Shown: one piece after another, positions 38,385-50,729 of the stretch | Layout of the letters: each line of letters starts with the position of its first letter | Position numbering within the stretch: position 1 is the stretch's first letter | Assembly: GCA_024137785.1 (NCBI GenBank) | Contig: JAHRHZ010000043.1 | Span: 27,041,729 to 27,105,728, forward strand | DNA length: 64,000 bases | Direction of reading: 5' to 3' | Origin: Ginglymostoma cirratum | Lineage: Eukaryota | The notes under the pieces: generated by a model | What the model was told of the DNA's origin: nothing | Seen by the model: the letters and a program-made list of their open reading frames with translations, nothing else | Database searches by the model: none | Program-made: the position numbers and the translations under genes

Positions 38385-38565
38385 TTGCTCTCTCTGCCCT
38401 TGATCTCTCTGCCTGTAAATTCTGTGCCTGTATGCATCTCTCTCACTTCACCTGAGGGGGTTACGCTCTGAAAGCTTGTGATTTCAAATAAATCTGTTGG
38501 AATATAACCTGGTGTCATGCAACTTCTGACTTTGTCCACCCCAGTCCAAGACCAGCACCTCCCTA
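38385..38565 (+). mobile_element. PLE pseudo-LTR fragment, second family
   Basis: CAC-CTGAGGG...CGCTCT-GAAAGCTT-GTG (about 38449-38480), then AATAAATCTGTTGG..TATAACCTGGTGTC. Confidence 0.5.
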
Positions 38566-40082
38566 TCATGAGAAGCAGTCTTGACCATATTATCAGTCAT
38601 TAGAAATTGATCACAGTCATCCCCGTGAAGCAGGAATAATCACAGGTGATCTTAAAGTGAACCATTATTCACAAAGACAATCCAACAACTCATAGGCTGC
38701 TCTAGGCACAGAGCTGATTTTCACTCATCTTGAATTGAAAGTATTCAAAAACATGATTTTATAAGAAATGCTGTCTTTCCTGGGTGGTGTGACAGGTTGG
38801 GGTGGGAAAGCAAATTTCCAGCAATCCATTGCATTTACAATCTCCTGCTTCACTCACATGGAATGACAGGTGTTGCATACATTGGAATAAGGTCTTTGAG
38901 TCAAAGGTGCATGTTGTTGTCACTGTGGCCATGATGCTATGAAGATGCAGAGAAATTGAGGAGGAGCAGATGTGCCAGCAAGCCCAGGACCAGCAGCAAC
39001 ATCCAGTGGCTGCCAAGTAGCTTCTGCTTGAAGCAGTCACAACTGATAGTCCCTCAGGATGCAGAGGGGCTGCAGGAGGCCTAGAATCCATTGTCCTCAG
39101 TGTTATTTTCTCAAGGTGAATGAGGTTCATTGCCATCTCAGGCTGCGGACATCCCTGGACATAGTTACTGAACCATGTCATCTGCTGGAGTGGGACCTGC
39201 GATCTGAAGGAGTGACTGTCCATTCTATCCCAGTGACCCTCAAGATGAAAGCTGCTCTAAACTTTTATGCAACTGGCTGCTTCTAAGGATCCACTGGGGA
39301 CCTGTGTGGGATCTCTCAATCCTCAACCCACAAATGTATCCAGGCTGTTATCAATGCAACTTGTGCCACACCACATCGCGGCATTTTGTTTCCCTGTAAT
39401 GAGGTCAGTTCTGTAGCCCAGGTGGCAGGCTTTGCTGACGTAGCTGGTTTCCCCCAGATGCAAGGCACGGTAGACTGTATACACGTTGCATTGAGAGCAC
39501 CACATCATTATGCAACAAACTTCGTCCATAGTGCAGGTTTCCATTCCAGCAATGTGCAAGTCATTGGTAATCATTGATACCGCATCTTAGAAGTTTGTGC
39601 CAGGTACGCTGTAAGCTGCCATACTGGCTACATCCTTTTGAACTCTTATGTTCCTGATTCATTTCAAGAGCCAGATGTTCTGCACTGATGGTTTTTCGGA
39701 GACAAAGGCTCTTTTCTGCAAACATGACTGATGGGTCTGTTAAGCAACTTTCTGACTGAGGCCAACCATCGATACAATGCAGCCCATTCTTTCAGTCGTT
39801 TCAGCGGCGGGAGTCCGGAAGGAGGCGCGAGGGCAGCCTGGGAAGGTAAGCTTCTCCTTTAAAAACTTACCTCGTGAATAGGCGGAGTGCGCGTCGAGCA
39901 GGAGCAGACACGGGACGGTTGAGTAAGTGAGGTAATATATTTGGGCGGTTGCTTTACCCGAAACACTACTTAGGTAGTGTCTCCCACCCATCCTCCTCCT
40001 CTAACCAAAAAGGTTCTGAGCGCCGATTTGGTAAGTTACTAGTGTTTTTTTCCCAATAGTCTGTTTTTTAGAATTCAGAACA

Positions 40083-41012
40083 ATGGCAATGGATGCAAGG
40101 GCAGTTGCATGCTCCTCTTGTAGGATGTGAGAGGTAAGGGTCACCACTTGTGTCCCTGCTGACTTCATCTGCGGGAAGTGCACCCAACTCCAGCTCCTTG
40201 GAAACAGTGTTAGGGAACTGGAGCTGGATGAACTTCGGATCATTCAGGAGGCTGAGGAGGTGATTGAGAGGAGTTACAGGGAGGTAGTCACACCTCAGGT
40301 ACAGAAAAAAAGTAGATGGGTTACAATCAGGGGACAGAAAGGGAACAGGCAGACAGTGCAGGGATCCCCTGTGACCGTTCCCCTCAATAACAGGTATACC
40401 GTTTTGGATTCTGTTGAGGGGGATGACTTACCAGGAGTAAGCCATGGGGTACAGGTCTCTGGCGCAGAGTCTGTCCCTGTTGCTCAGAAGGGAAGGGGGG
40501 AGAGGAGGAGAGCATTAGTCACTGGGGACTCCATAGTTAGGGGGACAGACAGGAGATTCTGCGGGAACGAGAGAGACTCGCAGTTGGTGTGTTGCCTCCC
40601 AGGTGCCAGGGTCCGTGATGTCTCGGATCGTGTTTTCAGGATCCTTAAGGGCGAGGGGGAGCAGCCCCAAGTCGTGGTCCACATAGGCACCAACGACATA
40701 GGTAGGAAAAGGGACGGAGATGTAAGGCAGAAATTCAAGGAGCTTCAGTGGAAGCTTAGAGCTAGAACAAACAGAGTTGTTATCTCTGGTTTGTTACCCG
40801 TGCCACATGCTAGCGAGGCGAGGAATAGGGAGAGAGAGCAGTTGAACACGTGGCTACAGGGATGGTGCAAGAGGGAGGGATTCAGATACCTGGATAATTG
40901 GAGCTCATTCTGGGGTAGGTGGGACCTCTACAAATGAATGGTCTGCACCTGAACCAGAGGGGTACTAGTATCCTTGGGGGGAAATTTGCTGATGCTCTTC
41001 GGGAGGGTTTAA
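40083..41012 (+). pseudogene. CR1 ORF1: Cys-rich zinc finger, coiled coil and SGNH/GDSL esterase domain (two premature stops)
   Basis: CSSCRM*...CGKCTQLQLL, GDSIVRG, CCLPGARV, HIGTNDI, LYK*(N)GLHLN. Confidence 0.85.
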
Positions 41013-41082
41013 ACTAGTTCAGCTGGGGGATGGGAACCTGACTTGTCGCTCCAGTGTACAGGAAGTTGAGAGTAGTGAGGTC

Positions 41083-43619
41083 ATGAATAAGGTTTCAAGG
41101 TCGCAGGAGTGTACCAGCAGGCAGGAAAGTGGTTTGAAGTGTGTCTACTTCAACACCAGGAGCATCCGGAATAAGGTGGGTGACCTTGCAGCATGGGTTA
41201 GTACCTGGGACTTTGATGTTGTGGCCATTTCGGAGACATGGATAGAGCAGGGACAGGAATGGATGCTGCAGGTTCCGGGGTTTAGGTGTTTCAGTAAGAT
41301 CAGGGAAGGTGGTAAAAGAGGGGGAGGTGTGGCATTGTTAGTCAAGGACAGTATTATGGTGGTAGATAGGACGTTTGATGAGGACTCGTCTACTGAGGTA
41401 GTATGGGCTGAGGTTAGAAACAGGAAAGGAGAGGTCACCCTGTTGGGAGTTTTCTATAGGCCTCCGAATAGTTCCAGGGATGTAGAGGAAAGGATAGCAA
41501 AGATGATTCTGGATAGGAGCGAAAGGAACAGGGTAGTTGTTATGGGGGACTTTAACTTTCCAAATATTGACTGGAAACACTATAGTTCAAGTACTTTAGA
41601 TGGGTCAGTTTTTGTCCAGTGTGTGCAGGAGGGTTTCCTGACACAGTATGTAGATAGGCCAACAAGAGGCGATGCCACATTGGATTTGGTACTGGGTAAT
41701 GAACCAGGCCAGGTGTTAGATTTGAAGGTAGGTGAGCACTTTGGTGATAGTGACCACAATTCGGTCATGTTTACTTTAGCGATGGAAAGGGATAGGTATA
41801 TACTGCAGGGCAAGAGTTATAGCTGGGGGAAAGGCAATTATGAGGCGATTAGGCAAGACTTAGGATGCATAGGATGGGGAAGGAAACTGGAGGGGCTGGG
41901 CACAATTGGAATGTGGAGCTTGTTCAAGGAACAGCTACTGCGTGTCCTTGATAAGTATGTACCTGTCAGGCAGGGAGGAAATGGTCGAGCGAGGGAACTG
42001 TGGCTTACTAAAGAAGTTGAATCTCTTGTCAAGAGGAAGAAGGAGGCTTATGTAAAGATGAAGGGCGCTTGAGAGTTACAAGTTAGCCAGGAAGGACCTA
42101 AAGAGAGAGCTAAGAAGAGCCAGGAGGGGACATGAGAAGTCTTTGGCAGGTAGGATCAAGGAAAATCCTAAAGCTTTCTATAGGTATGTCAGGAATAAAA
42201 GAATGACTAGAGTAAGATTAGGGCCAGTCAAGGACAGTAGTGGGAAGTTGTGCGTGGAGTCCGAAGAGATAGGAGAGGCGCTAAATGAGTATTTTTCATC
42301 AGTATTCACACATGAAAAAGACAGTGTTGTCGAGGAGAATACTGAGATACAGACTATTAGACGAGACAGGATTGAGGTTCATAAGGAGGAGGTGTTAGCA
42401 ATCCTGGAAAGTCTGAGAATAGATAAGTCCCCTGGGCCGGATGGGATCTATCCTAGGATTCTCTGGGAAGCTAAGGAGGAGATTGCAGAGCCTTTGGCTT
42501 TGATCTTTATGTCAGTTGGATGAGGGTAAAGCGGTTGATGTGGTGTATATGGATTTCAATAAAGCATTTGATAAGGTTCCCCATGGTAGGCTACTGCAGA
42601 AAATTCGGAGGCATGGGATTGAGGGTGATTTAACGGTTTGGATCAGAAATTGGCTAGCTGTAAGAAGACAGAGGGTGGTGGTTGATGGGAAATGTTAACC
42701 CTGGAGTTCAGTTATTAGTGGCGTACCGCAAGGATCTGTTTTGGGGCCACTGATGTTTGTCATTTTTATAAATGACCTGGATGAGGGCGTAGAAGGATGG
42801 GTTAGTAAATTTGCGGATGACACTAAAGTCGGTGGAGTTGTGGATAGTGCGGAAGGATGTTGCAGGTTACAGAGGGACATAGATAAGCTGCAGAGCTGGG
42901 CTGAGAGGTGGCAAATGGAGTTTAATGCGGAAAAGTGTGAGGTGATTCACTTTGGAAGGAGTAACAGGAATACAGAGTACTGGGCTAATGGTAAGATTCT
43001 TGGTAGTGTGGACGAGCAGAGAGATCTCGGTGTCCATGTGCATAGATCCCTGAAAGTTGCCACCCAGGTTGATAGGGTTGTTAAGAAGGCGTACGGTGTG
43101 TTAGGTTTTATTGGTGGAGGGATTGAGTTTCGGAGCCGTGAGGTCATGTTGCAGCTGTACAAAACTCTGGTGCGGCCGCACTTGGAGTATTGCATACAGT
43201 TCTGGTCACCACATTATAGGAAGGATGTGGAAGCATTGGAAAGGGTGCAGAGGAGATTTACCAGGATGTTGCCTGCTTTGGACGGAAGGTCTTATGAGGA
43301 AAGGCTGAGGGACTTGAGGCTACTTTCGTTAGAGAGAAGAAGGTTAAGAGGTGACTTAATAGAGACATACAAGATGATCAGAGGATTAGATAGGGTGGAC
43401 AGTGAGAGCCTTTTTCCTTGGATGGTGACGGCTAGTACAAGGGGACATAGCTTTAAGTTGAGGGGTGATAGATATAGGACAGATGTCAGAGGTAGATTCT
43501 TTACTGAGAGAGTAGTCAGGGCATGGAATGCCTTGCCTGCAGCAGTTGTCGACTCGCCAACTTTAAGGGCATTTAAATGGTCGTTGGATAAACATACGGA
43601 TGATAATGGAATAGTGTAG
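41083..43619 (+). pseudogene. CR1 ORF2: APE endonuclease and reverse transcriptase, disrupted
   Basis: ORFs 41083-42072 (ISETW, FYRPP, GDFN, SDHN), 42143-42523, 42516-42698 and 42741-43619 (KFADDTK); segment VVPLFKKG...IEFFE is missing at about 42514. Confidence 0.92.
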
Positions 43620-44744
43620 GTTAGATGGGCTTCACATTGGTTTCACAGGTCGGCGCAACATCGAGGGCCAAAGGGCCTGTACTGCGCTGTAATTTTCTAT
43701 GTTCTATGTTCTATGTTCTTTCACCAGAGGCATCATGGATCAGGTTATAGATCTCCTGAAGATGTGGTTTTGATGTTTTGATCAGTCTGTGGGGATCTTG
43801 ACAGAGTGTACCACAGAATTCTATTGTTCTGCACCCTGCATAACTGGAGGAGATAACAAGGGAAGATATGACAAACACCAAAGAGCTGGGAGAGCAGCAG
43901 AAGTTTTCCAAGATGGGAGATGAGGGTATTTGAGAAGGATGAACATTACCTTCTGCATGATAGAGAGCTGCAGTGACAGACTCAATAAACCAGACAGGAC
44001 TTAATTGGCAACCAGTCCCAATAAGATGAGAGCTGGGTGCAGTGCTCGTTGATTGATTGTAAATTTGTGATTGTGCAAAAGGCTGAAGCAAATGCAACTT
44101 TTTATGTTTGCTTTGGCCGGTGTTCAGTAAAGGGTTTCAACCACTTGAAGGCTCTTCAGCAATGAATACTCCCACACTGAACAATAACAAGATGTAATAA
44201 TATACTGGCCATTAGGGAAACAGGAGCGCCCTTAGAAAGTCTTCTTAGATGGTGTGGTGCTCAGGATGTGTAGTCTGGGGAGCTTCATTCTTATAGCTAC
44301 AACTACCAATGACAGTTAATCAGATAGGTGACAATGTAACTTAGTGATATATTTATGAATGTCAGGTCTTATTTGCAATGAGGTGTTACTAGTTCCACTT
44401 ATGCGCCCTCAGTATCTTTTCTTTTTCATTCCCCTCTCACTATGTGAACTGTGAACTACAGCTCCTGTCTGGCAGCAGTTGTCCAGGGGCATAGCTGAAC
44501 GTTAAAGATGGCACAGGAATCCTGGAAGGTCCTGGCAGCCATGCATACTTCCACCCCTATTGAGTGCACAATAGCATGAACAGAATGACAGGGAGACATG
44601 GTGCCCACATAATGAGGTGAGCAACATAAAATTCATTCGGAAAACTCACTAGAGCTCACAAAGCAAAACCTCCATGAAACTACCTGAAATTGACACTGCC
44701 AATTTTTGGTTAAATTCAGTGCTATATTCTGGTGAAGCACATCG

Positions 44745-46085
44745 AGACAAAAATATAGAAAATGTTAGAAATTCTCAGTAGGTGTCAATGGAAAAATGAA
44801 AAGTTAGCACTGATGATCTTTCAGTTGAACTGGAAAAATATTGAGACAAGTTTAATTGAGTACAGAGAGAGAGAAATAGAGAGAGAAGCAAAGACCAAAA
44901 AAGAATGACCTGTGAAAAGGTGGAAGGCAGGACAGATTAAATGATAAAAGACAGTGATGGTGCAAGGCAAAAAGAGATAGACAGCAAAAAGATCAGAAGG
45001 TCGATCTGGAGGAGAATAAGGGAAAAGCAGACTCATTTTCAACAGCTACTGTCCAAACAAAAAAGAGGTTATGATCTGTAATTGATTAACTCATTGTTGA
45101 GTCCAAAGGCTGTTGAGTAATTAATTGAAAGTTGCAGTACTGTGATTAAGCTAAAATTGTTCTTTAGTGCAGAGGTGAAGCTGCAGTTATGTTTGTGGAC
45201 GGAAGAGTATTGTTCTTTAAAGCAGTTATCCAATCTGCTTTTGGTTTCCTCTTTGCATTGTGACCAACAACTGCTGGGGTCAAAATCCTGGAACTCCCTC
45301 CTTAAAAGCATTGTGGGTCTACTGACAGAAAATGGACTGCAATGATTCAAGAAGGCAATTTATCCCCATTTTCTCAGGATAAGTAAAGGTTGGGTAATAA
45401 ATGCTGACTCAGCCAATGATGCCCACATCCCATCGGTGAATTAAAAAGCAATTATTCCAAATTGGAGGGAAAGAATACAAATAAAACACTGTTTTGCATG
45501 GAAGGAGTATTTAAGATCCTGAGAATGGAGGTGAGAAGAGGGCTTGTGTTTGCAAGGGAAGTTGGTAAGGGAAGGGATGTTAGGATTGAAGATGAACCAA
45601 AATGTCCTGGAAGGAAGGGATCCTTAGAATGCTGAAAATGAAATGGACAAGAATATTATTTTGATAGTAGCCTCTCTGTCACTGATCTGTTCCAATCAAA
45701 CTAAATGAACAACACATCACCTTTCAATATTGGCACATCACAGATTCCAAAATAACTTTGACAATTTCAAATCAAAATCCATAATTTTCAGGTAGCAGCT
45801 GTTGGTGAAGATTCTGCTTTTGTCATTTATACGTCCTCTTGGCACATCTTTTAATCATTTGTTTGTTCCCTTAAAATCCCTTTTGGCCTAACACTATCAT
45901 CTCTTTCGTTATCTTACTTCAATTACTCTTATTGAAGATCTTCCCTTTTGTTTATTCCTTCCTTTCCTGTTTCTCTAATCTTTTTCCAGTTCTGATGAAA
46001 AGATCACAAAAAACCTGCTGTATGAATTATTTTCCTCTCTCAACGATACTGCCTGGCCTACTGAGTACTTCCAGCATTTTCTGCT
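44745..46085. mobile_element. Old, larger fold-back PLE (minus arm about 44745-45260, plus arm about 45740-46085) with a LINE tail inserted at 45267-45450
   Basis: Arms are loose reverse complements (AAAATGTTAGAAATTCTCAGTAGG / CCTACTGAGTACTTCCAGCATTTT); CAGTTCTGATGA at about 45987. Confidence 0.5.
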
Positions 46086-46089
46086 TTGG

Positions 46090-46840
46090 AGCTGTTGGTT
46101 GGTTCACCGAGCTGACTGGTTTTCATGCAAACGTTTGTCTCCCTTCTAGATGACATCATCAGTGTTGCGTAGCCTCCGTTGAAGCGCTGTTGTTCTGTCC
46201 TGCTCTGAATTTGTATGGTCTGCTTTGTCATGGTGGACAGTCTTGTTTCCGGTTTTGTACCATAGCGGTATGTAGATGGGGTCCATTTCAACATGTTTGT
46301 TAATTGCATCAGCGGCTGAAAACCAGGCCTCCAGGAATTCTCGTGCTTGTCTTTGTTTCGCTTGTCCTAGTACTGTAACTTTGTCCCAGTCACATTGATG
46401 CCCTTCTACGTCAGAGTGTACTGAAATGAGGGAGAGTGGTCATGCTGTTTTGCCGCGAGTTGGTGTTCATGTATCCTGGTGGCAAGTTTCCTACCCATCT
46501 GTCCTATGTAGTGTTTCTCGCTGCATGGTATTTTATATATCACATTTGACCTGCTCATTGTGGGTTTTCAACCACCAATGCAATTAACAAACATGTTGAA
46601 ATAGACCCCATCTACATTCCACTGCGGTACAAAACCGGAAACAAGACTGCCCGCCATGACAGACTGGTCCATATAAGTTCAGAGTGGGACAGAATACCAG
46701 CACTTCAACGCAGGCTACACAGCACTGAGATGCCACCTAGAAAGGAGATAAAATGTTTGCATGAAAACCAGTCAGTTCGGCAAACCAACCAATAAGTCCA
46801 ACCGCAACCCGAGCTACAGATCATCATTAAAACATTAAAT
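46090..46840. mobile_element. Penelope element remnant: GIY-YIG endonuclease fragment (- strand, about 46147-46560) with inverted pseudo-LTR copy
   Basis: Minus-strand translation NVIYKIPCSEKHYIGQMGRKLATRIHEH...DWDKVTVLGQAKQRQAREFLEAWFS; ~220 bp inverted arms 46092-46310 / 46578-46795. Confidence 0.9.
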
Positions 46841-48289
46841 TTTCTGGTTTTATTCCAGATTTCCAGAATTTTGTATTTGCATTATTTAATGGACTATGTC
46901 TGGAAAATAAATGCCTCCTGAGTAAATGTGTGCATTCAAGACTTGCGTTTTGGGTCCAATTTTTTTAATGTTCCTAGTATTGCTACTGTTCCTTTATACT
47001 CTCCTTTGAAATATGGGGCAATGAATTGAGTATGACACTTGAAGTGTGATAAATAACTGTGTTGGTCAGGAAATGTGTTCTACACCTACCATTTATATTA
47101 CAAATAGATGAGTACATCTTTCAGCAAAAAGGCAGATCTGCCTTCTCTATCGGACAAATAAGGCTTCAAGATCAAACAAGTCTCATTGTCCCTCCTTAAC
47201 TGTCCTCTGTGATCTTGAAAATCTGCCTCAGTTTTATAATGTAGATTATTTCTAATCCAAGAATCAAATCACAATTGAATTGAATATTGATGGGCCCTGA
47301 TCGGTCACAAAAGAGCTTGAATGGGAGATTCACAGCTGTTCTTTGTTAATATGTGACATTGCTACAATAATCAGTAAGTATGTTACAGTGCAGTAATGCC
47401 TGCTCATCAAGGTAAGGAATGTTATTGTTGGGATTTCAGAAACTGAGTGTCAGTAACATGCACAAACATATCAGGTTAAATAAACATGGTGTAAAACTCC
47501 TCCTCAATCACATCACCAGAATTTTTGCTACTTTATATTTTTACCTATGCTGATAGTCTATCTACTTAATTGCAGTCCATCACCATTGATATTATTCTGG
47601 TAAATCTGTGCATCCTCTACAAGGACTTGACACACTAATTACCACTACTTGTAAATGTCTGGCTCCCATCGATGAATACTAATCTTTTTCCTTAAGGTTA
47701 TTTGGCACTTGTATGTGACATGCCAAATTTTAACTCTCAGTACGTGACTAATGCTTGTGTGCTGCAATTCTTTATTCCATGTAGATCTGCTATAAAATTG
47801 CCAAAGGTATTTTTTTGATGTGCTATCTTTGAGGACAACTGCAGCATACCATATGATAAGCTTGTGGTTTTAAATGACAAAGTGTAATTGTTATTGAGTG
47901 AATATGAGATAATGTCAGGAAGCAGGTTTCTATTTCTTTCTCTTTAAGTTGTTTTGATAAGGACAATAATGTATACAGGCATTCTGATTCTTTGCATTCA
48001 ACGTGTTTTGATTTGCTGCAAGAAATGTGCTTCCCATATGACAATATTCTTTTGTTTAAACCAAAAGTGTGACATAGAAATGTGTCTGCCATATATATGC
48101 TGCAATTAACAAGAAGTGTCATGTAAGTATTTAATATTGCTGGGGGAAAAAAGGCATGCACTTTAAGTGTTCGTCTTGTGTTCATCAGAACAGATGCAAA
48201 AATGCCGGATGTCAAATGCAGCAACAACTTACACTGCATGGGAAAAGCATGCTGGCTCGTTGTCACATCACTTCTGATTTATCATGGCA

Positions 48290-48465
48290 TTGATTTGGAA
48301 ACCAATCAGAAGTGACTGGCCAAACAATCATTAGTCTTTGCACATGCATTTAAATTGTTACTCCCTTTGCAATTTGGCATTCTTGCATCTGTCCTGATAA
48401 ATTCAAAATGAAAAGCTTCAATAATATAGCTCTTTCTTCACCAATATTCAAGTTCTGTACTACCG
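48290..48465 (+). mobile_element. Probable PLE pseudo-LTR fragment, further family
   Basis: TGTC-CTGATAA-ATTCAAAAT-GAAAAGCTTC-AATA (48390-48423), a decayed hammerhead-like core with palindromic AAGCTT. Confidence 0.4.
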
Positions 48466-50729
48466 AAATATTTGAAAACCAACCAGTTGACCTCCCCGAA
48501 AGTTGCTCGCAATGAATTGGAGATAATCAATAATCAAACTGATTGGGAAATTATAGGAAACGTGTTACAAGAAGTACATTTGACAATACGAAGAATGTGT
48601 TATACATAAGGCTAATAGCTTACTACAGATACATGGACAAGAGTAATAGATTAATTGATGCAATAGTTAGGTGCAGTGACAGGCTCATTCAAGACAGCAG
48701 ATTGTATTAGCTCATGAAAGTAATAACTGGTCAGTACTGGAAGCATTTGTGCCAAGCTGCAAAACAAGAAGGGACTACCTCTTATTAATGTGGTCTGGGA
48801 GAAATTCAACAGACAGGGAAAGCAACTTGCAAAGCTTTGCTGCTCATATTCTGACTGACATATTATGGTTTAAATATTAAAGTAGGCATAATTTCACAAC
48901 TAAGTGCAGATAGTATACATTTAATTGCAAATGGCAGGGCAAGTCATGGACTGACTGATTTTGCTACATAATATTGAACTGTACAAGTATATACATATTA
49001 ATAACACTGCAGTGTGTCTTCTCAATTTCGGTGGTGGGAGAAGCAGGAGTAAGAAGGATAAAAAGAAATTGAAAATAAATGTTGCTATTTTTGGACGAAG
49101 GTGAATCTCCTGTGTAAACAACATTGGTCAGATATAAATGTACTTACTTGTGAGCAGCTGGTCAGCACTCAGTCTGTGGAAAACAATCTCAAAGGAGAGA
49201 CTGTGAGCAGGTGGGATGTCTGTCTGTTGTGTGCAGCAAATCATAGGTGGTGGCATGGATGTTGTGAGAGACAGAGATCCCCTGTATAGGGTTCTTTCTG
49301 TGCTCAATAACACTGTCGTATTCAGACACCACAGCTGCAAGTTCACCTCCAAGCCACTCACCATCTTGATTTGGAAATGTATCATGGTTCGTTCATAGAT
49401 GTTGAGTCAAAATCCTGGAACACTCTCCCTAATGCCAATTTGGGTCTACCTATACTAAATGGATTGCAGTGGTTCGGGAAACAGTTCATCATAACCTACT
49501 CAAAGGCAACTAAGGATGGACGATAAATGTTGGCCCAGCCAATGAAAACCACATCCCATGAATGAATAAAAAGTAGCAGAATCTCAAACAATTCCACTGG
49601 TAAAAAGGTCATAGGTAATGAACTGCCCAAAGCAAGACATCCTTTGGACATCTTCCAAAGTATGTCTGCTAGAACCATTCACTATTTCTCTCCATCTAAA
49701 TGCAAGAATACAGAGCAGTTGTCTACCCTCTTGAATGGGTTCTGTACAGAAACTAAGGCCAGTGTTGGAATGCTTCCATTAGCACTGTCTTCAATCCATT
49801 ATGAATGTCAGATAGCAAGACTACAGTTAATCTCCATTAAATTCTCTGCTTGGCAGGATATATATTACCTCTGGAAATTTTCAGAAAGTCAAAAGCAGTC
49901 CTTTATGGTAAACTATACACCTGTAAGTGAGAACTTGTAAATACTTCAATGACTAGCTGAAAGACAGCTCTCTCTAGCTGACATTGACCAGCTGGGGTGG
50001 GAGCAGAAAGCTCTGAGAGAGACAACCATCCCAGAACAACCAGGAAATCAGATATAGGTTTAAAACCTATAAGATCCAAGCAGGTAGTGGATGGCGTCTA
50101 CTTAGACCAGAATCCTTCCAAACCTGGAATTCCTGTGCCTCAACTGTTCAAGAGCTTGCAAATCAAGAATTGGTCTCCTCAGTTTCCAATAATCATGCTA
50201 AGTACCATGGAGGCTGGCCTTCCCATGATCGTCACCTGCTCAGTATCTGCTGTTGTGGCAACTAAATTACACAAAACAGGACCCGATAAAGAGCAATTAG
50301 ATAAGTGATTAGATAAACTGCCTTTCTTCATGACATTAGTTCAGTGATTCATATGGTGCAAGAAATAGGGATAACTGGTTTCATCCCTCATAAAGCTTGG
50401 AGCAAACATGGGCATGACAGCTAAATTCTAAAGGTAAGGTAAGTGTACACTTGGCACCAAGGGAGTATTTGACTGAATCCAGCATCAAAAAGCCCGAGTG
50501 AAATTGAAGTCAATGGGAATCAGAGCTAAACCATCCAATGACTGGAGTCATATCTTGTATAAAGGAAGATTTTTGTAGTTGCTGGATGCCAATCATTATC
50601 AGATACTGGACATTGCTGCAAGAATTGCTTCGGGTAGCATCTGCAGCGCAACCACATTCAAATGCTTTATGAGAGGTATTCCTCCATCATTCGATTAGGA
50701 GTGGGGTTGCCTGCTGAAGATTGCACTTT

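Larger units (their letters stand above)
39795..43715 (+). mobile_element. Young, nearly full-length CR1 LINE with 8 bp TSD and internal RT deletion
   Basis: TTCTTTCA at 39787-39794 and 43716-43723; GC-rich 5' UTR; long ORFs; (TTCTATG)n 3' tail. Confidence 0.95.
38930..43990 (+). pseudogene. PIF/Harbinger transposase (HARBI1-like) relic, interrupted by a CR1 at 39795-43715
   Basis: ALNFYATGCF*GSTGDLCGISQS, GFPQMQGTVDCIHVAL, GFHSSNVQV, GDKG, EANHRYNAAHS | TRGIMDQVIDLLKMWF*CFD; the reading resumes after the CR1. Confidence 0.85.

Noticed and set aside
38930-39790. Domesticated HARBI1 host gene
   Set aside because: Multiple stops and frameshifts, a LINE insertion and no exon structure; it is a dead transposon copy.
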